A stretch of DNA of 64,000 bases, taken from an uncultured Candidatus Saccharibacteria bacterium (GTDB taxonomy: Bacteria; Patescibacteriota; Saccharimonadia; Saccharimonadales; AWTP1-31). This document shows, piece by piece, positions 55,437 to 63,400 of this stretch. The notes beneath the pieces were generated by a model. That model was not told the origin of the DNA and ran no database searches. It saw only the letters and a list, made by a program, of their open reading frames with translations. Location of the stretch: positions 18,404 to 82,403 of the forward strand of contig CALCZR010000060.1 in NCBI GenBank assembly GCA_937903325.1. Reading direction: 5' to 3'. The stretch's first letter is position 1, and each line of letters begins with the position of its first letter. Position numbers and translations under genes: made by a program.

Positions 55437-56230
55437 TACTGTTCTCCGTTCTTATCTATATTCATACGATGAGCCGATTCAACAATGCCAGCAAACTTCT
55501 GGTAGTTAAGACTAGCGCCACCAACCAGCGCCCCGTCACAACCCTCGATTTCGAGGTACCCTCGGACGATCTGGTCGTCTACGCTTCCACCGTACAATAT
55601 TCGTACTTCTTTGGCAGCAGTCGGTCCATATAATTCCTTAATCTGCAGGCGGATAAAGTCCAGCGCTTCCTTTACTTGGTCAGGTTTGGCCAATGTGCCA
55701 CCAAACGTACTAATAGCCCACACTGGTTCGTAAGCAATAACTAAGCTCTTTACTTGGGACGCAGTGAGGTTACTAAGCGCCGTCGTGATCTGGTCGTGCA
55801 ACACCTGCTTGGTTTCTCCTGCCTTGCGTTCTTCTTCTCGCTCACCTACGCATAGTATTGGCGTAATGTCATTGCGCAGTGCTGCTGCTACCTTATCCCG
55901 AATTTCTTCCAGCGTCTCATTAAAGTAAATGCGTCGTTCTGAATGTCCGACAAGAACGTAATGCACCAGGTCTTGTAGCATGGTAAAGGATACTTCTCCT
56001 GTAAACGCACCTTCGTCTTTGTGATAGGCATTTTGTGCAGCCAAACGGAATTTCCGCCGGTCTATCTGCAAACTCAGTGGCTGCAATACCAACATACTGG
56101 GTGCCAGCACCATCTCAATATCTCGGTAAATTCGGGTTCGTTCTTGCAGTCGGTGCACCAGCAAACTGGCCTGGCTGGTATCCAGGTGCATTTTCCAGTT
56201 GGCGACGATGAGCGTTCGGTAATTCTTCAT
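55436..56230 (-). CDS. tpiA: Triose-phosphate isomerase
   Basis: 264 aa. Supporting stretches are VANWKMH, VGHSERR, AYEPVWAI and YGGS. Confidence 0.92.
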   Translation of the reverse strand: MKNYRTLIVANWKMHLDTSQASLLVHRLQERTRIYRDIEMVLAPSMLVLQPLSLQIDRRKFRLAAQNAYHKDEGAFTGEVSFTMLQDLVHYVLVGHSERRIYFNETLEEIRDKVAAALRNDITPILCVGEREEERKAGETKQVLHDQITTALSNLTASQVKSLVIAYEPVWAISTFGGTLAKPDQVKEALDFIRLQIKELYGPTAAKEVRILYGGSVDDQIVRGYLEIEGCDGALVGGASLNYQKFAGIVESAHRMNIDKNGEQ

Positions 56231-56310
56231 AATGCTAATGTTAATCTCAGTATAGAATACTAAGGAAGATAATAAAAGTAATCAGAGGGTCAGGTTCAGA
56301 TATTCAGCTA

Positions 56311-57600
56311 TTATTTGTTCTGCAGCGCTTCAACACCAGGCAGCTTCTTGCCGCTCATGAGCTCAAGACTCGCACCGCCACCGGTAGATACATGGCTAAA
56401 GGCATCGGTAAGTTTTCGGGATTCAATGTAGCCAACGGTATCGCCACCACCAACTACCGTAAATGGCCGATGACCGTAGTCGCCAAGTAGTGCTTCAACA
56501 AGCAGATCCGTACCATGCGCATACGGACCAACCGGGCCATGCAGTGCTTTTGTCTCAGTAACACCGAGCGCACCATTCCAGATAACCGTGTTGCTCAGCT
56601 GTATACCACCGGCAATAAAGGCTCCAGTAAAGGGACCGACATCTAGGATCATTTCGTTGCCAGCGACTTCACTGGCTTTGCGGGTTGGGACTCGTGGGTA
56701 ACTCTCGATCTCAGCTACCACATGAGCGCTCCAATCCACGATACGAATCGGTGCGGCAGAGTCTATTTTGTGGGCCACGACGCCGTCCTGCGGAAGATAG
56801 AACACGAAGTGTCGCTTCTTAGCTTCTTTGGCTGCGCGCTCCATGATTTCTTTAGCCAGTGACAGATCGTCTTTGTCTACTAAGCTTTTACCAACGTCCA
56901 GACCGCGGGCTAGCAAGAAGGTGTTGGCCATAGCGCCACCAACCACCACGAAGTCAGCAATCTCTATCAGGCGGTTGAGTACCCCAATCTTGTCGCTAAT
57001 CTTAGCTCCGCCAATAACGGCCATGAGGGGGCGGGTTGGCTTTTCCATAACGTCCGTAAGAGCACTCACTTCCCGTTCCAGCAGCAGTCCTGCAACACTT
57101 GGCAAGAATTCAGTTACCGCGCTCGTGGAAGCATGCGCTCGGTGCACCACACCGAATCCATCTTGTACAAAAACATCGGCCAGACTAGCAAGTTGTTTAG
57201 CAAAGGCTTTGTCATTAGCCTCCTCTTCTTCGTGGTACCGCAGATTCTCGAGTAGTAGCACTTCCCCATCTTTAAGTTCAGCTGCAGCCTTCTCGGCCAC
57301 TTCACCAACACAGTCGGTAGCAAAAGCCACCGGTGTGTCTATGAGCTTAGCGAGTCGCTTAGCCACCGGCTTAAGCGTTACAGCTGGGTCGCTAGGACCC
57401 TTTGGTCGTCCAAGATGTGAGCAGATAATAACTTTACATCCCTGCTTCTGCAGATACTGCACCGTTGGTACCGACTGGGTAATGCGGTAATCATCACTAA
57501 TAGTGCCATCGTCGTTAACCGGTACGTTATAGTCGGCACGAAGCAGTACACGCTTACCTTTAAGGTTTATATCCTTAATGATCTTTTTAGCAAAACTCAC
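56311..57600 (-). CDS. pgk: Phosphoglycerate kinase
   Basis: 429 aa. Supporting stretches are RADYNVP, CSHLGRPKG, GGAKISDKI and STGGGASLE. The GTG start overlaps the pyk TGA stop (GTGA). Confidence 0.93.
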   Translation of the reverse strand: MSFAKKIIKDINLKGKRVLLRADYNVPVNDDGTISDDYRITQSVPTVQYLQKQGCKVIICSHLGRPKGPSDPAVTLKPVAKRLAKLIDTPVAFATDCVGEVAEKAAAELKDGEVLLLENLRYHEEEEANDKAFAKQLASLADVFVQDGFGVVHRAHASTSAVTEFLPSVAGLLLEREVSALTDVMEKPTRPLMAVIGGAKISDKIGVLNRLIEIADFVVVGGAMANTFLLARGLDVGKSLVDKDDLSLAKEIMERAAKEAKKRHFVFYLPQDGVVAHKIDSAAPIRIVDWSAHVVAEIESYPRVPTRKASEVAGNEMILDVGPFTGAFIAGGIQLSNTVIWNGALGVTETKALHGPVGPYAHGTDLLVEALLGDYGHRPFTVVGGGDTVGYIESRKLTDAFSHVSTGGGASLELMSGKKLPGVEALQNK

Positions 57601-59033
57601 GCCAGTACTCGCACCTTAATAGTGTCGGTCGTTCCCACCACTCCCGGGTATTTGCCAGATACGGTAACAATAGTGTCGCCCTTCTTCAGTACCTTATTGG
57701 TCTGCAGCCAGTTGGTTAACTTGGTAGCGGCGAGTGGATCAACCGGACGGTTGTAGCTCTTGGTGCCATACACCAACGCCAATTGCTGGGTGATGATCAT
57801 ACTAGAAGTTACTACTATTACCGGAATAGCTGGACGGTGGGCTACAATCTGCAGTGCCGTGTCGCCGCTGAGTGTTTCTACCACAATAGCCGTAGCAGCT
57901 ATGTTGTCCGACAGGCTAATAACGGCCGTAGAAATGGCTTTTTGCATACTACCACTATCTGCTTTTTCACCGAATGTAACACTAAGCGGGTTATTGTCTT
58001 GTACATACAGAATAACCCGCTTCATGATCTCTACCGACTGGATTGGATATTTACCACTTGCCGTCTCATCACTCAACATAACGCAGTCAGCACCTAAGAT
58101 TACTGCCGTAGCCACGTCTGACACTTCCGCTCGAGTTGGTTCGGGCATCTCAGTCATACTAGCGAGCATCTGAGTAGCCACAATTGTTGGCGTGGCGTAC
58201 TTCAGACCAAGTCCGATAATCTTACGCTGCACGACCGGCACGCTTTCAGGAAGTGTCTCAATAGCTAGGTCCCCACGAGCCACCATAACCATGTCAGCCT
58301 CGGCCACAATCTCTTCAAGATTCTCTGTAGCTGCCTTAGTCTCGATCTTAGCAATAATGCGGGCTTTACTGCCGAGATTCTTGAGCATGGTGCGCAGTTT
58401 CTGGATATCACGAGCGTGCTGCACGAAACTGAGGGCTACGTAGTCAATATCTTGTGTTGCTCCAAAGGCAATGTCTGCCCTGTCCTTTTTGGTAATAATG
58501 TCACCTTCAAAGTCAGTGTCTGGTAGATTAATACCTTTACGTTTTACGAGCACTCCGTCATTCTCGGCTCTGGCATAGACGACACCGTCTTGCACACTGG
58601 TGACCGTAGTGCGGATACGTCCATCAAATAGGAAGAGTCGCTCGCCGCGCTTAACTTTTTTAGATAAGTCGTATTGTGTTGGAATTAGTCCGGTTTGTTC
58701 GTAGTCAACTTTGTAAGCAAAACTGAGGCTTTGACCGGTGCGAACATTAATAATACCCTCAAAGTCGCCTAGACGAATCTTTGGCCCCTGTAAGTCTTGA
58801 ATGACTGCAACTGGCTTGCCAGCTTCCTTACTAGCTTTACGAATCCATTCAATCTGCGGGATACGTTCCTCGTGGGTACCATGGCTAAAGTTCAGTCGAA
58901 AGCCATTAGCCCCCGCTTTGGTCATAGCTAGAATTGACTTGTAGTTATTGGTGGGCGGGCCAATAGTGGCAATGATCTTAGTCCGCTTAAATTGAGATAT
59001 AGGCACTTTCGGTGCGCGACTTGTGACGTCCAT
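57597..59033 (-). CDS. pyk: Pyruvate kinase
   Basis: 478 aa. Supporting stretches are KIIATIGP, FRLNFSHG, DLQGPKIRLG, MVARGDLAIE and ATQMLASM. Confidence 0.93.
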   Translation of the reverse strand: MDVTSRAPKVPISQFKRTKIIATIGPPTNNYKSILAMTKAGANGFRLNFSHGTHEERIPQIEWIRKASKEAGKPVAVIQDLQGPKIRLGDFEGIINVRTGQSLSFAYKVDYEQTGLIPTQYDLSKKVKRGERLFLFDGRIRTTVTSVQDGVVYARAENDGVLVKRKGINLPDTDFEGDIITKKDRADIAFGATQDIDYVALSFVQHARDIQKLRTMLKNLGSKARIIAKIETKAATENLEEIVAEADMVMVARGDLAIETLPESVPVVQRKIIGLGLKYATPTIVATQMLASMTEMPEPTRAEVSDVATAVILGADCVMLSDETASGKYPIQSVEIMKRVILYVQDNNPLSVTFGEKADSGSMQKAISTAVISLSDNIAATAIVVETLSGDTALQIVAHRPAIPVIVVTSSMIITQQLALVYGTKSYNRPVDPLAATKLTNWLQTNKVLKKGDTIVTVSGKYPGVVGTTDTIKVRVLA

Positions 59034-59146
59034 ACTTAGGTATAGTTTAAATGCTTATGCTTGTTTTGGCTAGCGCGTTTCTTGATATGTCCATTAAACA
59101 AGCAATACCAAATAGCCTCAGGAGCCCTGACCATACTCACATGTAT

Positions 59147-59281
59147 CTACTCGGATAGGTTTACTTTGAGTGTTTTGTTGGCAGCTTGTTTTCGTTTAAG
59201 CTTTCGTGCCTTTTCGTACAGTGCGCGTTTCGTAGTGGCCTTATGTACTTTGTCTTGCTTTATTTTATTGCGCTTCTTCAT
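59147..59281 (-). CDS. Unlisted small, very basic ORF (44 aa)
   Basis: My translation is MKKRNKIKQDKVHKATTKRALYEKARKLKRKQAANKTLKVNLSE. A TAGAAT (59288-59293) ends 6 nt upstream of the ATG. The 77-aa plus-strand track ORF on the opposite strand looks spurious (Phe/Leu/Cys-rich). Confidence 0.35.
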   Translation of the reverse strand: MKKRNKIKQDKVHKATTKRALYEKARKLKRKQAANKTLKVNLSE

Positions 59282-59340
59282 CTGGGTATTCTAACAGGAA
59301 TTACGTAAGGTTCTCACAATTAGCTGCATAGCGTTTCAAT

Positions 59341-59371
59341 AAAAAAGACCATCCTTTGGATGATCGCTTTT
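59341..59371. terminator. Bidirectional terminator-like hairpin (A6, GAC-CATCC-TTT-GGATG-ATC, GCTTTT); a second perfect 7-bp hairpin follows at 59382-59400
   Basis: Read directly. It separates the pyk-side minus-strand genes from the plus-strand Mrr-like locus. Confidence 0.4.
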
Positions 59372-59472
59372 ATCTGGTGACCCATGTTGACCAAACATGG
59401 AACCAAATACTCACTGGACTAGAACGAATAGATGCAATTATGGAAGAATCACTAGAGAGTGAGGATGAGTAA

Positions 59473-60015
59473 ATGGCTCGCTACCCAAAATCACTAGACG
59501 GTGATCTATCCTTCATATTCATTATCCTTGTAGGTGCAGCCACTTGGCAACACAAGGCGCAACTTGTACGGATCGCATGCATTGCACTGGCTGCGACTGC
59601 CGCTGCACTTCTACTAAGTTTTCTAATCAGACGATTCTTGCGCCGCAGAAACAGCCCAATCGACATAGACTTTATGACCGGTTTAGAGTTTGAAGTCTAC
59701 ATTGCAGAATTACTGAAACAGAACGGATTTCACAAGATTAAACTTACTGAGCGGTACGATTTTGGCGTAGATATTATTGCCGAGAAAGACGATATACGCT
59801 GGGGCATCCAGGTTAAACGGCATGCTGGGCTAGTCATGGCCAGCGCCGTTCGACAGGTAGTGACTGCTCTACGACATTACGGATGTGATCGGTCGATGGT
59901 GATAACAAACAGCACCTTTAGCAATGTGGCTGAACGACTAGCATATGCGAACGACTGTGTGTTGGTAGACCGTAAACGACTGAGCAAACTCACCAGGCAG
60001 AGGTGTATACTATGA
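59473..60015 (+). CDS. Membrane-anchored restriction-endonuclease-fold protein (Mrr_cat-type PD-(D/E)xK domain)
   Basis: 180 aa with two N-terminal TM helices. The core reads GLEFEVYIAELLKQNGF...YDFGVDIIAEKDD.RWGIQVKR...VITNSTFS. An SD (GAGGA) lies upstream. Confidence 0.75.
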   Translation: MARYPKSLDGDLSFIFIILVGAATWQHKAQLVRIACIALAATAAALLLSFLIRRFLRRRNSPIDIDFMTGLEFEVYIAELLKQNGFHKIKLTERYDFGVDIIAEKDDIRWGIQVKRHAGLVMASAVRQVVTALRHYGCDRSMVITNSTFSNVAERLAYANDCVLVDRKRLSKLTRQRCIL

Positions 60016-60218
60016 GCATGACAGGTTACATGCCAACCGATGAAGATATTGAGAAAATGGTTCGTGACCTTGAAAAGAATGATCCCGACAATGCTAACCC
60101 AGAATATGCGCGCAAAATGCTAATTCGTATGAAGCTTATGTACCGAGAACTTGGTCTTATTGATGAAGAACTACTTCACAAAGAGATGGAGTCATACAAG
60201 AGCGACGGTGATAATTAG
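60003..60218 (+). CDS. Small acidic hypothetical protein
   Basis: 71-aa ORF overlapping the nuclease gene by 13 nt. It is rich in D/E (PTDEDIEKMVRDLEKNDPDNANPEYA). No motif recognised. Confidence 0.5.
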   Translation: MYTMSMTGYMPTDEDIEKMVRDLEKNDPDNANPEYARKMLIRMKLMYRELGLIDEELLHKEMESYKSDGDN

Positions 60219-60439
60219 AACGGTAGGATTTCGGCCGATGTCACATCAAGTGCTTTTACTAGCTTCTCTAAAGTCTTAAGAGATACCATTGATTCACCAC
60301 GCTCTACTTTTGCATAGTAATTCATGTTGAGCCCAGCCCTATTGGCAACTTCCTTCTGTGTATAGCGTCGCTCTTTCCGAATCCTGGAAAGATTACTCGC
60401 TATTGCATCGATAATTTCAATTTTAGTCATCAATAACAT
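60215..60439 (-). CDS. XRE-family helix-turn-helix transcriptional regulator (stand-alone HTH)
   Basis: 71-74 aa. The HTH_3 pattern is RKERRYTQKEVANRAGLNMNYYAKVERGESMVSLKTLEKLVKAL. The likely start is the ATG at 60430, where a TAATAT ends 7 nt upstream. It lies 16 nt downstream of the kinase stop. Confidence 0.85.
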   Translation of the reverse strand: MLLMTKIEIIDAIASNLSRIRKERRYTQKEVANRAGLNMNYYAKVERGESMVSLKTLEKLVKALDVTSAEILPF

Positions 60440-60455
60440 ATTATCATGAGCATCG

Positions 60456-63400
60456 CTAGTTTAGAGATTGGATGCTGGGCTTAATGAGGTAGCCATTATG
60501 GTTGCCGACTTCGCCCTGAAACTGTGGGAGGCGAATCTTTATAGCGGTCCCTGCACCGATTTTACTGTCAATGACGATCGTACCACCACACTGTTCGATT
60601 ATATGTTTGACTACAAACAAGCCAAGTCCTAGGCCTTGATGGTCAAACGTCTGCGTGTCGGTACCTCTTTGCAAGGGTTCAAATATCCCCTTGAGTGCTT
60701 CGGGGTTGAGCCCAGGACCATTGTCAGTAACCTCGATGTTCGTTTTGTTACCTCGGTTTTGCGCTTGCACAACCACCTTACTCCCGGATGGGCTGTATTC
60801 TATAGCGTTACCAATAGTTGCGCTTAGAATATAGTCCAACTGATCAGATCGAAGTGGCACGTGCAGGCCACCCGAAACTGCCGATTGCAAGATGCTACCT
60901 TTTTCTTGTGCCAGTGCTTGCACGGCGGGCTCTATAGATTGTTTGTAGTAGTTAGCCACATCCACAGAGCCTGCCGGATCAGTCTGCGTTAGACGGTGGT
61001 AGCTGGTCAGTTCCTGAGTTAGTTTTTGTAGAATGTTCAATCCGTTAACGAGCAGATGTGCATCAGCAAACTGCGCCATGCCTTCGGTACCTTGTGTTAG
61101 CTGGTCAGTATGGTGTTGCAATGAAGGAGCAACCGACAGTAATAGTTCCTCTTTTTGTTTGGCGAGCATGCGGGTATTTACAAGTTCTTGGTCGATGTCG
61201 GTATGCAAAACCTTTGATCGCTTGTGATAGACATACAATACGCCGATGAGCAGAGCGCTAAATATAGCTAAGAGTATCGAATTAACCAGTCGACCGCCCC
61301 GCTTCTCGTAAGCACCAGTTAGTAGTAACGCAAGATCGATACTTGCAATAGCAACAGCAATGCCCAGTAGGCTGGTCCAGAGAGTACGAGCTATTTGCAG
61401 AAGCTTCTGGTCAGAATCCGCAAAGCTTGATTGACCGCCCTGTACTAATGAGGCTTCTACCGAACCTTCGAAGCCTTGCACTGTTGTGCGGAGGGCAGTA
61501 AGTTTTAATCCAAAGCTCGTCAGGAAAGTGCCGTCAAAGGTATGCTTGCTGGTCATAAGTTCGTGTGCACCCTGCAAAATAGCCAGTGGCGTATTGAGGT
61601 AGTGTGTAATGATCTCAAGGAATTGTTGCGTCATGGAGGCGCGCCGCTTGGCAGCCGCGATTGCTCGTTGTGCATTACGCGCAAAGCGGTACTCACGCCA
61701 TGCCTGCACTGCATAGGCAAGCGCAAGCAGGAGAAGCAGAGACATAAAGAACCCAGAGAATAGTCGTGCCGAGGCCCGACTCGTACTGACAGTAGCAGTT
61801 TTGCCCGGTAACCTATCTAGAACTCCCCCAGCTTGGAGCTTCTGAATTGCTTCTGGCGTAAATGCTTCGGCTACAGTTGGTGGAGTAGTAGTGATAGTAG
61901 TAGGTGGCGTGGCGGTTGGCTTCATCGGTGGCTGAATGGGTGGAGTTGGCGGCTCAACCGGCGGTGTGGTGCCAGGAGTATAGCTGTAAGTCCACCGAGA
62001 AATATTGTTGGTGTTCACCGTCCAGAAATCACCGTCTTGCTGGAAGACACTCTGAAAATCAATGATGGGGCGTTCGTAATTATCATTCTCAACTATGAGT
62101 GCCCTGTTAAGTGACGTACCACTCACAAATGCTTGGGTAGCCGTACCAGTAACATCAACCTCGAAAACACCTTGCGATGCGACTTCATACTGACTGGTTG
62201 CGCCACTACATAACACTGTTGTATGTCCGGGATAGTGCCTGCCGTAATACGAATCTTCATATGTCTCACCATCGGGCACCATGGTACGAGTATCAACACA
62301 TTGGAACGGACTAGACACTGACTGGTATGTCACACCAGCGGGCAACGTGACTATCAGCGTACTGTCCGAGCCCCAAACATCAGGGCCCAGATTTTTGATA
62401 GTCACCCTAAAGGATATTTCCTTGCCGGCTGTAATGGGTGGTGTCGTCAGGAGTCGCTGCGACAGACTTAAGTCAAAAATCGGGCAAACGCTCGTCGTGA
62501 ACTGGTGGTCGCTACCCGTTACCTTGCCTTGATCGTTGTTCGCCCAAGCCTGGTAATGATAGGTTGTGCCACATTCCAACTGCGAAAGCTCTAGATCAAA
62601 AGAGGTGGTACCGTATGGTCCATTACTGGCGCTAACGTATTGCCCGTAACTTGTGGTTGTGCCGTAATCAAAGCCAACTGATGTCACATTGCCCTGTCCA
62701 ATATCAGTAATCTGTCCAGACAATGTTGCGCCGTCAAGTGACACACTGCCTGCTGAATTTGTCTGCACTGTTAGTGTGGGCGGCGGCGGGCAGGTAGCCG
62801 TCGTAAATGTTTGATCATCACCCCCAGTCCCAGGAGAATTGATCAGGCTTTCATAGCGAGTCCTCGAAAAGAACTGATAATGGTAGGTCGTATTACATGT
62901 AAGCTCTTTAATTGCCTCCGAGAAAGAACCAACGTTAGTACTAACAGTAAACCGCTGTATCCGGTTCAAGCTCGAATCAGCCACATACAGCACGTCGCCT
63001 TTTGCATTGCTAATAACATCGCTAATCTGCCCAAACTGACCTGGCCCACTTCCAGCAGATCCCCACGATGCAACAACTCCTAATCCGGCCCCTTCACCCT
63101 CAAGTCTTTGTAGTTTAGGCGAAGCCGTATCGCCCATGAATATAGTCCCCATCCCGTGAGCTAAGCCAATGGGGGTAACGAGCTGCTGATCATCAATAGT
63201 ATAGCTCTCTAGAAAACTACCACTATCATTCAGCACCTGGACTCGACTATTACCAGAATCTAGTACATATACTGATCCATTATTTATGGTGATACTCTTG
63301 GGGCAGTTAAATTGACCATCGCCTGTACCGGCCGACCCAATACTCCCAAAGCTCTGCCGTTTGTAGTAACCAGCATCTGAATCGTTAAGATCCAAGACAT

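Noticed and set aside
56828-57490. 220-aa plus-strand ORF antisense to pgk; likewise 1118-1744 antisense to trhO and 57760-58173 antisense to pyk
   Set aside because: These are the mirror frames of well-supported enzymes, and their sequences are low-complexity.
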